This document shows, piece by piece, positions 48,924 to 58,647 of a stretch of DNA of 64,000 bases. The stretch lies in contig JBBRCQ010000003.1 of NCBI GenBank assembly GCA_038204725.1, positions 84,148 through 148,147 on the forward strand, written 5' to 3'. The position numbers and the translations under genes are program-made. The notes beneath the pieces are model-generated. The model had not been told where the DNA came from. It did not search any database and saw only the letters and a list, made by a program, of their open reading frames with translations. The DNA comes from Bacteroidales bacterium. GTDB lineage: Bacteria; Bacteroidota; Bacteroidia; Bacteroidales; JACABE01. The stretch's first letter is position 1, and each line of letters starts with the position of its first letter.

Positions 48924-50534
48924 CTAAAAATCGTAATAAAAGTTATGTAAGCTTGTCCGGAGACCGATATAGAAATAAGTGGAATGGAATTTTGCAACAT
49001 CAGTTTGTTCGAGTCTGTCGCTCACACCTATGCTTACATTCAGATTGGTTTTCGGGTTGATGAGATAAGATATTCTGAGGTCGTTGTAAAGAACAGTTGT
49101 ACGAATGCCTTGTCCTACAAAATTATTATACTCCTTAGGATGATCCTCGTAGGATCTGAAGGGATCTTTCCCGAAATTGACACCTACACTATCAGCGCCA
49201 TAAACAATGTAATTTAGTTTGTATTCAGCAAAGAATCGTTTATAGTTGTATTTAACGATGGAAACCGATTCCCAAAAGTTAGCACCTACAGGATGAGCCA
49301 ATGCCTGATTATAATGTCCATAGTTTTGCAGCGATGAGCGGCTGGAATAAGTATAAGGCCTCACAAAGTTGAATTCGCTTTGTACATACAACGAACGGAC
49401 AGCAAATAAATCAAAAGCTTTGGCACCCAATTGAAAAGCCTGTTTGTTGCCCCACCATCCGTTTCCTGCTTGCACTTCACTCAACTTAAATTCATCCAGC
49501 ATTAACTGTCCGTAAATTAAATACCGATCTGCCAATTTATAGGAAATATTTAAGCCCAGTATAGCATTATCGGGAGATCCGAGAGAGAATTCAACAGGGC
49601 GGTAGAAAATAACCGGATTCAGGTAATTGATGTCAAAACCTCTAAAACCTGCACTATCCTGAGCTTTCCAAATAATAGATTCAAAAAGTCCGATATTTAA
49701 CCGTTTGTTTACTGCATAACTCAGATAATGAAATGTCCCGTATTTTTTACGAAAACCTAAATCATAAGAATGGGAAGCTTTCAGATCTTGAAACTCAGCG
49801 TACAGATTGGTATACTTGAATCGCCAAATATTGGTTGTTATTTTTAAATATGGATAATTAAAGGCATTGTCCGACAATAATAAAGAACGATATCCATCCC
49901 CGATAAAATTTTTGCCATGTCCGAACTGAATATTAAAATACCTGGAAGGGGTATAAGATATGTATCCGCTTGCCCAGGCATAATCATATCCGCTTTTGCC
50001 AAAACTTCTCACCATGCCTTGTCCGGGGACTACATTTGTGCTGCTTATGCTATTGTTGAGATAATCAATAAAAGTAGCCTGATTCTCATAAAAAGTAGAG
50101 GAGAATGAAAAATCTTTCCCTATGCTTCCTTCTATCAAAAATCCTCTGGTATTAACATATTTTGCATCCTGATGCCCGTTTACATCTTTCCCGAATTCAA
50201 AATTAAAAACTGGGTCGATGTTTGCCTTGAAGCCATCTTTATTAATTGTAATAAAGTGTTTATTAAATAATCTATCCCAAAGAAAATTGGGAATTTTTCT
50301 GCCAAAATCACGATTCATACTGTAACTATCTTGAAGCGAGTCGAAGTTGATAAGTTTATCAACTTCAGAAGCTAACCAGGGTTTTACTGCTGTATGAAAA
50401 TAATGATCAGGAGCATAAACGGTTTGTTCAATCTGGCAAAAGTAAGGATTGGCAAGTGGAAAATTTAGTTGTTGGGCTTGAAGTCCTATTACAACTAAGA
50501 ATGTACATAAAAAAATAATTTTTTTCAGCATCAA
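48924..50534 (-). CDS. Outer-membrane beta-barrel protein (RemB / Wzi-like)
   Basis: Signal peptide; GHGKNFIGDGYRSLLLSD, YLNP..F.RPVE, RPYTYS, LAHP.GANF; C-terminal Phe. Confidence 0.7.
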   Translation of the reverse strand: MMLKKIIFLCTFLVVIGLQAQQLNFPLANPYFCQIEQTVYAPDHYFHTAVKPWLASEVDKLINFDSLQDSYSMNRDFGRKIPNFLWDRLFNKHFITINKDGFKANIDPVFNFEFGKDVNGHQDAKYVNTRGFLIEGSIGKDFSFSSTFYENQATFIDYLNNSISSTNVVPGQGMVRSFGKSGYDYAWASGYISYTPSRYFNIQFGHGKNFIGDGYRSLLLSDNAFNYPYLKITTNIWRFKYTNLYAEFQDLKASHSYDLGFRKKYGTFHYLSYAVNKRLNIGLFESIIWKAQDSAGFRGFDINYLNPVIFYRPVEFSLGSPDNAILGLNISYKLADRYLIYGQLMLDEFKLSEVQAGNGWWGNKQAFQLGAKAFDLFAVRSLYVQSEFNFVRPYTYSSRSSLQNYGHYNQALAHPVGANFWESVSIVKYNYKRFFAEYKLNYIVYGADSVGVNFGKDPFRSYEDHPKEYNNFVGQGIRTTVLYNDLRISYLINPKTNLNVSIGVSDRLEQTDVAKFHSTYFYIGLRTSLHNFYYDF

Positions 50535-50547
50535 CAGGTTTTGTTAG

Positions 50548-51663
50548 TTATAGAGCGAGATTTTCAATACTATCTTTTGCGATTGTATCAGATTTCTTAT
50601 TTCGTTTACGGATTAAATAAAAAGGGATGTAAGATAAAATCAGACTTAGAACAAAAATAACCAACATTAGATTGATAATGCCAATATTTTGCAATAAAAA
50701 AGCCAATACAATAAAAACAATATTGACAAAAACAAGTATCATCATTGCTTGTGCGTGCGAAAATCCCAAATCCAGTAATTTGTGGTGCATATGGGTTCTA
50801 TCGGCTTTAAACGGGGATTGTTTGCGGGCAATACGGATCACAAAAACCCTGACAGTATCAAATAGAGGGATGATTAAAATTGAAAAAGACACTGCCGGAG
50901 ATGCTGAAATATGATAAAACCCTTTTATTTCCAGGTTGCTTTGATTAAACTGAATAGCAAATACAGCAATTAAAAATCCCAATATAAGAGACCCCGTATC
51001 ACCCATAAAAATCTTATTTTTTTGGCTGAAAAGATTAAACCATAAAAATCCGACCAATGACCCGGCTAAAGCAGCCGTTAAAAAAGCAAATTCAAATTGT
51101 TCCGTATTATAAAACCAAAATCCAAATGTAAATGAACATAAGATTCCAATACCAGCTGCCAGCCCATCAATGCCATCAATTAAATTAAATGCATTCACAA
51201 TAACGATCACTACAAAAATGGTAAGATAAAGACTCCAGTAATAATTCAAATCAGTAATTCCAAGAAATCCATGTAAACTGGATAATCGGATATTGGCAAA
51301 ATCGATAATAATAATAGCTGCAACTATTTGAGACCCTAATTTACTCCATGGAGCAATTACAAATATATCGTCTTTTATGCCCACAAAAAACATCAGAAGT
51401 ACACCTGCAACAATATATCTCATTTCCATTAATGTTCCAAAAGGAGGAAATAATAAAGCAGCAAAAATAAATCCTATAAAAATTGCGATTCCACCTAAGG
51501 TAGCCGTTGGTTTTTTGTGTGAAGTCCTGTCATTGGGAATATCAGTCAATCCCTTTGCGTGTGATATTTCCACAATGGGTTTGACCGATAAAAAACTTAC
51601 TACAAAAGCTGCAATAAAATTAATTAATAATGTTACAAAATGGGTTACAAAAAATACTTTCAT
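50548..51663 (-). CDS. Undecaprenyl-phosphate GlcNAc-1-phosphate transferase (WecA/MraY family)
   Basis: D.PN.R.SH..PT..LGG, GIKDD, NAFNLIDGIDGL, IFMGDTGS, DRTHMHH. Confidence 0.92.
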   Translation of the reverse strand: MKVFFVTHFVTLLINFIAAFVVSFLSVKPIVEISHAKGLTDIPNDRTSHKKPTATLGGIAIFIGFIFAALLFPPFGTLMEMRYIVAGVLLMFFVGIKDDIFVIAPWSKLGSQIVAAIIIIDFANIRLSSLHGFLGITDLNYYWSLYLTIFVVIVIVNAFNLIDGIDGLAAGIGILCSFTFGFWFYNTEQFEFAFLTAALAGSLVGFLWFNLFSQKNKIFMGDTGSLILGFLIAVFAIQFNQSNLEIKGFYHISASPAVSFSILIIPLFDTVRVFVIRIARKQSPFKADRTHMHHKLLDLGFSHAQAMMILVFVNIVFIVLAFLLQNIGIINLMLVIFVLSLILSYIPFYLIRKRNKKSDTIAKDSIENLAL

Positions 51664-51726
51664 CCAATTATTTATCTATTGCAAAAATATAAATATAAAA
51701 TTGATTTAAACAAAAAATAACAATAT

Positions 51727-52968
51727 TTAATCGATATCTGGAACCACTACAGGGAAATTATAATCAAAATCCTGATAGTATTTATGTTCTAAAATATTCC
51801 CCAAAAAATTATTATACGCATCGGTAAATTTAAATTTATTTACATCATAATAAGGTTTTGATAGTGTTTTATTGCCTATCGCTCCCATATCGATAGAAGA
51901 GGTATTAAACTCTTCCAGTTCCTGATAAGGAACAATTTTAGTCATAGTAGGCATTTGCCCATATTCTTCCCTTAATAACAGATCCACCACTTTGTCGGCC
52001 AAAGTAGTTGTGAGCCGACGATCGTACTGGCTACATTTCCCGCTCCGGGCATAATAACCTGTAATCTGACCTCTTGCTTCAATACCTAGTTTTTTAGATA
52101 TATCAGAAGCAATAACGCCACTGATACCACCAAACCTTGGATGACCATATTCATCCAATTCTGAACTTGCATACACTACATCCAGTTTACCTGTTTTATC
52201 GTCATACCATCTTACCCCTTCCGAAACCGGGATGATCAGCATTTTTTTCGGAGATCTTAAATAGGTTTCTTTCACAATTTCGAAGAAAAATTCTTTTCTT
52301 TCACTGGTCATTTCAAATTCTGGTATCAAGCCTAAATCGGCACCACCAAATAAAGCCGACCCTGTTAACCAACCTGCATCACGTCCCATCACTTCGAGCA
52401 CCATAATACGGGAATGCGATTCAGCAGTTGTCTTTAGTTTACCTGTAAAATCTGCTATAGCTTTTGCTGCCGAAGGAAAACCAGGACATAAAACAGCCTC
52501 AATGTCACTCCCATTGAATTTGTGCATCGACATTGTTTTTAAATCGTTATCGATTGTTTTTGGAAACCCTATAACAGGTATTCCTTCTGTTTCGTACAAG
52601 CGTTTTGCAGCTCCGTTGGTATCATCACCTCCAATGGTAACCAACACATCAATTTTATATCTTTTAAGGTTTTTCAGAATCTGAGGCACCCTGTTTTCAG
52701 GATTTTTCTTGGATGGAAAGGGATTGGTCCGGCTCGAACGCAAAGCTGTTCCTCCATACCATCCATCATAAGGTTGGTGGGTTAAATCAATAATATCTCC
52801 ATCTCCCAACAAGCCTTTCCAACCCTGACGGATCCCATATACTTTATACCCCAGCATCGAAGCTCTGTTACGTATGGATTCTATACTCGAATTGATGGCA
52901 GGTGTATCGCCACCTCCTGATAAGATTGCTAATGTTTTGCCCTTAAAAAGTTTATGCTCTGATTTCAT
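51727..52968 (-). CDS. 6-phosphofructokinase, PPi-dependent signature
   Basis: GGGDTPAIN, GGTALRSSR, GGDDT, PKTIDND, EVMGR. The GGDD plus PK pair is the PPi-type signature. Confidence 0.88.
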   Translation of the reverse strand: MKSEHKLFKGKTLAILSGGGDTPAINSSIESIRNRASMLGYKVYGIRQGWKGLLGDGDIIDLTHQPYDGWYGGTALRSSRTNPFPSKKNPENRVPQILKNLKRYKIDVLVTIGGDDTNGAAKRLYETEGIPVIGFPKTIDNDLKTMSMHKFNGSDIEAVLCPGFPSAAKAIADFTGKLKTTAESHSRIMVLEVMGRDAGWLTGSALFGGADLGLIPEFEMTSERKEFFFEIVKETYLRSPKKMLIIPVSEGVRWYDDKTGKLDVVYASSELDEYGHPRFGGISGVIASDISKKLGIEARGQITGYYARSGKCSQYDRRLTTTLADKVVDLLLREEYGQMPTMTKIVPYQELEEFNTSSIDMGAIGNKTLSKPYYDVNKFKFTDAYNNFLGNILEHKYYQDFDYNFPVVVPDID

Positions 52969-52988
52969 TATTATTAGTTTTTAAATTT

Positions 52989-53067
52989 TGTACTGCATAA
53001 GGGCTCGAACCTCCTTCTTCAGAATCCATGCATGAATCCTGATGCTCTTCCGTTGAGCTACTGCAGT
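52989..53067 (-). ncRNA. tRNA-like element or pseudo-tRNA with extended anticodon arm
   Basis: ACTGCA/TGCAGT acceptor stem, D-arm TAGCTCAACGGAAGAGCA, T-arm GAGG-TTCGAGC-CCTT; the anticodon region is a 10-bp stem with a 4-nt loop. Confidence 0.7.
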
Positions 53068-53171
53068 TTCAAGTATACTTTCTTTATTTTATTCTTCTGG
53101 ATCTTCATCTTAAATATAACTTTTAAGATTTTTTATAACTACTCAGTAGACTAAAAATACTTAAAGCTTTT

Positions 53172-54503
53172 TTATCTATAAAGTGGACTTCCCTTTTGAT
53201 TATTTTTATCATCTGCTTTACTTTTTACTTCTTTTATTTTTTTCCCTTTACTGTAGGTAACTTTATAAATTAAATCTCCTTTGGCATCCCAATATTGCCA
53301 AACACCATCTCTCAGTTGCAAATCATAAAATCCCTCACTTGATTTCTGTCCGTTTTGGAAATATTCTATCCATTTCCCGTTCAATCTGCCATTTAAAAAA
53401 CTTTGTTCTTTGTATTTTGCACCATATTTATCGAAAAATACCCAAAAACCATCCTTTTGATTTTCATTATAAGTCCCTTGTGATAAGATGATCCCTTTTT
53501 CGCTCCATTCTGTCCATTTACCATCTATTTTTCCGTTTTTATAAGCACCTTCACTCTTTTTAATTCCGTTTTCGTACCAATAAATATCAGTACCGTTTTT
53601 TAAATCTGCTGTATAATTGGTTTCGTATTTCTTTTTCGCGTTTTGATACCAGCCTTGCCATTTTCCATCCATTTTCCCTTCTTTAAAACTGCCGATATAG
53701 TCTGTTTTCCCATCTGCATACCATTGCTCCCACTTGCCATCCTCTTTACCATCTACAAACGATCCCTCGTGAAATTTTTGTCCGCTTTCGTACCAAACCA
53801 CCCAATGGCCGGTTTTCTTATTTTTATCAAAATGTCCTTCTTTCCATTTTTCACCGGTTTCGTAATAAAATACCCATAACCCTTCTTGCTGGCCTTCCAC
53901 AAAATTGCCTTTACTTCCTACATTCCCATTTTTAAAATAATAAACCCAATTACTGTCCTGTAAATCGTTTTTAAGTTTACCTTCCATCTCTTTAATCCCG
54001 GTATCAAACCACCATAGACCATAACCATTCAATTGATCATTGACATAGATTCCTTCAAAACTTTTTTTAGCATTTTTATGATACGAAGTGGTTATCCCTT
54101 GTTTTAGTCCTTTACTATACAAAATTTCTTCTTGAAGCACTCCGTTTTCGTACCAAGCTTTCCATTCACCTTCAAATTTCCCATCCTTTATTTTAACCTC
54201 ATTTTTTTTCTGTCCATTGGCATACCAGAATTGATTGATCCCATTCTCGATATATTCTTCACTTTGTTTTAAACCATCATCATAAAAAGCAATCCATTTC
54301 CCGGTTTTTTCACCTTTAGTATAATTTCCTTCTTTCCATAATTTACCGTTTTTATACCACCAAGTCCATTTTCCTTCGCGAAGCGAATCCTGAAGAACCC
54401 CTTCTCTTACTTTTTGCCCGTTGTCCCAAAAATCAGATTTCAAATCCTGTGTAAATCCAACAGCACTCAACGTTATAAAAATTATTATAAATAGATACCG
54501 CAT
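53172..54503 (-). CDS. Secreted MORN-variant repeat (YwqK-like) protein
   Basis: Signal peptide, then many ~24-aa G.W..(W/Y)Y.NG....EG.(Y/F)..G repeats. Confidence 0.88.
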   Translation of the reverse strand: MRYLFIIIFITLSAVGFTQDLKSDFWDNGQKVREGVLQDSLREGKWTWWYKNGKLWKEGNYTKGEKTGKWIAFYDDGLKQSEEYIENGINQFWYANGQKKNEVKIKDGKFEGEWKAWYENGVLQEEILYSKGLKQGITTSYHKNAKKSFEGIYVNDQLNGYGLWWFDTGIKEMEGKLKNDLQDSNWVYYFKNGNVGSKGNFVEGQQEGLWVFYYETGEKWKEGHFDKNKKTGHWVVWYESGQKFHEGSFVDGKEDGKWEQWYADGKTDYIGSFKEGKMDGKWQGWYQNAKKKYETNYTADLKNGTDIYWYENGIKKSEGAYKNGKIDGKWTEWSEKGIILSQGTYNENQKDGFWVFFDKYGAKYKEQSFLNGRLNGKWIEYFQNGQKSSEGFYDLQLRDGVWQYWDAKGDLIYKVTYSKGKKIKEVKSKADDKNNQKGSPLYR

Positions 54504-54518
54504 TTTTTTAAAATTAAA

Positions 54519-55493
54519 TTATTTTTTTCTTTCAATAGAAAACAAAACAAGTTGTTCCATTGCTATTTTTGCCTCACTATCGGGCATTTCCGACAATATC
54601 TGCAAAGCTTTGTCTTTATATACCAACATTTTATCTCTAGCATATTCAATTCCGCCACTACCGTTGACCTTATCGATAAGTTCTGTTACTTTTTCAGGTT
54701 TATTATGATGCTTTTTTACAATATTGATTGCGTTTCTTTTCACAGGATAAGAAGCATTGTTCAACATGTAAATTAGCGGTAATGTCATTTTTTGCTCTTT
54801 AATATCAATTCCATTAGGCTTTCCCGTTTCTCTACTTTTTTCATAATCGAACAAATCGTCTTTGATTTGGAAAGCAATGCCAACATATTCTCCGAACAGA
54901 TGCATTTTTTTTATCACATCTTCATTATTAGTGGTTGATGCAGCACCACAGGCACAACAGGAAGCGATGAGTGAAGCCGTTTTTTTACGGATAATTTCAA
55001 AATAAATTTCTTCTTTGATATCGAGATGACGTGCTTTTTCAATTTGCAATAATTCACCTTCACTCATTTCTTTAACGGCATTGGAAACAATTTTCAAGAA
55101 CTTAAAATCATTGTTGTCGACAGCCAGTAACAAACCTTTTGATAATAAAAAATCACCAACCAACACAGCAATTTTGTTTTTCCAAAGGGCATTGATGGAG
55201 AAGAATCCTCTGCGTTCGTTTGAATCATCCACTACATCATCATGCACCAATGTAGCGGTATGCAACAGCTCAATCAGTGAAGCTGCTCTATAAGTACTTT
55301 CATTAATCTCACCGCAAATTTGAGCAGACAAAAAAACAAACATAGGTCTGATCTGCTTACCTTTGCGCTTGATGATATAACGCGTAATTATATCTAGCAA
55401 TGGGACAGAACTTTGCATTGATACTTTGAATTTTTTTTCAAATATATCAATATTTTCGCTGATGGGTTTTTTTATGTCGCTGAGTGAAATCAT
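54519..55493 (-). CDS. ispB: Polyprenyl diphosphate synthase
   Basis: GKQIRP, LVHDDVVD (FARM), RRG, KTASL, AFQIKDDLFD (SARM). Confidence 0.9.
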   Translation of the reverse strand: MISLSDIKKPISENIDIFEKKFKVSMQSSVPLLDIITRYIIKRKGKQIRPMFVFLSAQICGEINESTYRAASLIELLHTATLVHDDVVDDSNERRGFFSINALWKNKIAVLVGDFLLSKGLLLAVDNNDFKFLKIVSNAVKEMSEGELLQIEKARHLDIKEEIYFEIIRKKTASLIASCCACGAASTTNNEDVIKKMHLFGEYVGIAFQIKDDLFDYEKSRETGKPNGIDIKEQKMTLPLIYMLNNASYPVKRNAINIVKKHHNKPEKVTELIDKVNGSGGIEYARDKMLVYKDKALQILSEMPDSEAKIAMEQLVLFSIERKK

Positions 55494-55610
55494 ATATTTT
55501 ATTCAAAAATCAAAATTAATGAAAATTTGTTTAGAAAAAACGTTTTATAATTTTCTTTTGTTGTTTAACGTTAAATGATGACCTTTGCATTCTAATTAAA
55601 TCATGCAAAC

Positions 55611-56390
55611 ATGAGTGGATTTTTATTTAATGAAATTATTTTCGGGCCTGTAAAAAGCAGAAGATTAGGTGTTTCGCTTGGCATTAATCTGTTGCCAACC
55701 CATCAGAAAATTTGCAATTACAATTGTATTTATTGTGAATGTGGTTGGAATAAAGAAATAATTCAACAAGATGCAAAACTTCCAACCAGAGAAGAAGTGA
55801 AAATGCTATTAAAAGAAAAATTAGTACAAATGAAAAAATCTGAAGAAACTTTGGATTCCATTACATTTGCCGGAAACGGAGAGCCCAGTTTACATCCTGA
55901 ATTTGAAGGTATCGTGGATGATGTAATTGAATTAAAAAATCAATATTTCCCTTCAGCAAAAACGACAGTTCTTTCCAATGCTGGATTGTTAAATGTTCCC
56001 TCTATTTTTAACGCTCTTCAAAAATTAGACAATACAATTTTAAAATTAGATGCAGGAACTAACAGAATGTATCATTTAATCAACAGAGGGTCAGAAAATA
56101 TCAGCGTGAATGATATAGTTGAAAATCTCAAAAGATTTAAAGGTAAGTTGGTTGTACAGACTTTGTTTCTGAAAGGCAAATATAAAGACGAAATCATCGA
56201 TAATACTTCCGATGAAGAAGTAAATGAATGGTTGAAACATATTGCTGTAATCAAGCCAGCATATGTCATGATTTATCCTTTTGCAAGAGCCACAGCTGCT
56301 GACAATTTAGAAATCATCGGGAGGGAAAAACTCGAAGAAATTGCTGCCAGAGTAAATGCAATTGGAATTGCGACAAAAGTATATGATTGA
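55611..56390 (+). CDS. Radical SAM protein (COG0731-like)
   Basis: FGPVKSRRLGVSLGIN, CNYNCIYC, FAGNGEP, KLDAG. Confidence 0.88.
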   Translation: MSGFLFNEIIFGPVKSRRLGVSLGINLLPTHQKICNYNCIYCECGWNKEIIQQDAKLPTREEVKMLLKEKLVQMKKSEETLDSITFAGNGEPSLHPEFEGIVDDVIELKNQYFPSAKTTVLSNAGLLNVPSIFNALQKLDNTILKLDAGTNRMYHLINRGSENISVNDIVENLKRFKGKLVVQTLFLKGKYKDEIIDNTSDEEVNEWLKHIAVIKPAYVMIYPFARATAADNLEIIGREKLEEIAARVNAIGIATKVYD

Positions 56391-56593
56391 TGGATTGGTT
56401 ATTGGTTATTAAGTTATTATACCCACGGATTGAACGTTGAGCGAAATCGAAATGTTTACTTTAACTTTTTTACTTACTTTTTACTATAAAAGCTCCCTTT
56501 CTCATTAAAAGCGAGATAGGATTACAAAACACAACACTACTTCGGTCTTCTGACTTCGGACTTCCGACTTTTTTACTTTTAACCTTCAACAAA

Positions 56594-57001
56594 ATGGAAA
56601 CATACGATATTAAAATATTACTGGCATTTGGAAAAGCAATAGAAGGACAAAAAGATTTTTTCAAATGGCTTTTGAACAATGGTTATCCTGAACTGGCAGC
56701 ATTATCCAATGCCATTAGAGGGGATGAAGAGGCATTGCAATGGCTCATCAATAACGGTTTCGTAAAATTGGCTATATTTAGTAATGCTATAGATAATGAG
56801 CCCAATGCAGTTCAATGGTTGATCAATTCAAAAAACGATTTACTGTTTCACTTCTCATTGGCATGCAGAGGCAATGAAGATGCCATAAATTGGTTCAGGA
56901 AACAAGAACTTCCTATTTTCCTTTATTTGGCACAACGCATCAATACACTATTGAAATTACAGACCAAGGAAAATACTTTCTGGTACAAAATCAAATTCTA
57001 A
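56594..57001 (+). CDS. Hypothetical protein with ~24-aa helical repeats
   Basis: Repeated WL.NNG...LA..SNAI....A..W units. Confidence 0.7.
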   Translation: METYDIKILLAFGKAIEGQKDFFKWLLNNGYPELAALSNAIRGDEEALQWLINNGFVKLAIFSNAIDNEPNAVQWLINSKNDLLFHFSLACRGNEDAINWFRKQELPIFLYLAQRINTLLKLQTKENTFWYKIKF

Positions 57002-57029
57002 AATCTACTTTGAATTTAATTGATAACAC

Positions 57030-57065
57030 AAAAAAAGCCGTCTTGCTAAAGCGAGACGGCTTTTA
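57030..57065. terminator. Bidirectional intrinsic terminator
   Basis: AAAAAAGCCGTCTTGC-TAAA-GCGAGACGGCTTTTT between convergent genes. Confidence 0.85.
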
Positions 57066-57081
57066 ATTTATCTAATGCAGA

Positions 57082-58401
57082 CTATTGTTCAATAAAATCA
57101 ACTCTTCTGTTGACGGAGTAATAGTTTCCCGAGAATGGATCGTTTTTACCTTTTCCTTCAAGAGAAAGTCTGTTTTTCTCAATTCCATATTTATTCACCA
57201 AAACATTGTAAACTTGTTCTGCACGCTTGTTACTCAGGTATAAATTGTATTCAATAGAACCTGTTTGATCGCAATTTCCAGTAATTTTTAGTTTTAAATT
57301 CTTATTGTTTTTCAAATGTTCAGCTATTGCAGCAATCTTAGTATTTTCCTCTTCCTTGATATTGAATTTATTTACATCAAAAAATACAGAAAATTGCAAA
57401 TAACCTGAGGTCATAGTCATGTTAATAGGATTTCTTTTTAAAGTGTCCATAATAGATTTATAAATTGACTCCCGTAAAGCGTCAACATTTACATCAGATG
57501 GAAGGGCTTTTACTTGAATTTCAAGCTCTTTAATTTTCGCATCTTGATTATCTACTCTGGTTTCCAACGCTTTTATTTTTTCTGCCATTGCTTCTCTCTC
57601 GGCTTTTACAGCTGGATCTTCAACATAATCAGGTTCGCCAAGTGTTGCTTTTTTATCTTTTGATTTAACTCGATCTCCACAATCTACAAAAGCTGATGGA
57701 TTCTTCCTCAGGTTAAACTTGAAAGTCAAACCTAAAGAAGTATAGGTTAAAATATCATATTTATGCCCTTCTCTTGTGGCATCAATATCATCTGAATTCA
57801 CACCTGTCCATATATTTTCCAGATTAAGTTCAAATCTTTTATCTAATCTGTATTTAAGTCCAAATCCTGTAAGCAGAATTGATTCTGTCTGCATTTTTTC
57901 TTTTACCGTCCCTTGCGAAGAATATCCACGACTATTAATAAAAGTTTCGCTGCCTAATCCTTTTTTAAGAGATCTGAAATCAATAAAACCGATACCGGCA
58001 ATTCCGTATAAATTAAGCCGTCTGCAAGGATTGTCGCCATAAATTAACCTGCTGAAATTCAAAGTTAAATTAACATTGTATTCATTAAATTCACCATTAA
58101 AATAGCTGGCCTTTATTCTTCTGGTTCCTGCTAAATCTCCTCTGATTAATTGTCCTCTTAATTCAAAAGCAGAACTTAATTTTTTAGTAAGCATGAATCC
58201 GAAAGCTATTTTTCTTTCATTTTCATAATTATATACAGGATAATAATCATATTGTCTTAAGTCGCCCCAAAACAAACTGGATCCCCCGTTTACATTTATT
58301 GACCAGTTGTCAAGAATACCATTCCTGCTTGCCTCTTGACTTGATGCAAAAAAAGGTAAGCTAAGAAAAGCAATTACAAAAAAAATAGTAAGTTTCTTCA
58401 T
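57082..58401 (-). CDS. OmpA family outer-membrane protein
   Basis: Signal peptide, N-terminal barrel, coiled coil, VFFD...ITG.CD.TG...YN..LS.KRA..V...NRRV. Confidence 0.9.
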   Translation of the reverse strand: MKKLTIFFVIAFLSLPFFASSQEASRNGILDNWSINVNGGSSLFWGDLRQYDYYPVYNYENERKIAFGFMLTKKLSSAFELRGQLIRGDLAGTRRIKASYFNGEFNEYNVNLTLNFSRLIYGDNPCRRLNLYGIAGIGFIDFRSLKKGLGSETFINSRGYSSQGTVKEKMQTESILLTGFGLKYRLDKRFELNLENIWTGVNSDDIDATREGHKYDILTYTSLGLTFKFNLRKNPSAFVDCGDRVKSKDKKATLGEPDYVEDPAVKAEREAMAEKIKALETRVDNQDAKIKELEIQVKALPSDVNVDALRESIYKSIMDTLKRNPINMTMTSGYLQFSVFFDVNKFNIKEEENTKIAAIAEHLKNNKNLKLKITGNCDQTGSIEYNLYLSNKRAEQVYNVLVNKYGIEKNRLSLEGKGKNDPFSGNYYSVNRRVDFIEQ

Positions 58402-58647
58402 AATGTTAATTATTTAGTTGATTGATAGAATTATTTAATTATACAATACCAGTTTATCTGTTGAAAAGTGGTTGATATGTTATTGTTTGCAAATATAACT
58501 TAATTTATCATAAAAAGTTCAAATATTTTAACATTATTTCCAACAGTAAAAATACGCTTAAATTTTACTCCCCACAAATGAATATTTTACTCATATTCAG
58601 TCTATAAAAAACCACTAAAAAAAATGTATCTTGAAAAAAAGATAGCT

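Noticed and set aside
53172-54503. YwqK-like protein as part of a toxin-antitoxin system
   Set aside because: The label reflects MORN-variant repeats only; the protein is secreted and has no adjacent toxin.
55611-56390. Radical SAM gene as the trans partner of the SPASM-only maturases
   Set aside because: It is 45 kb away in core-gene context, belongs to a widespread COG0731-like type, and shows no RRE or linkage evidence.
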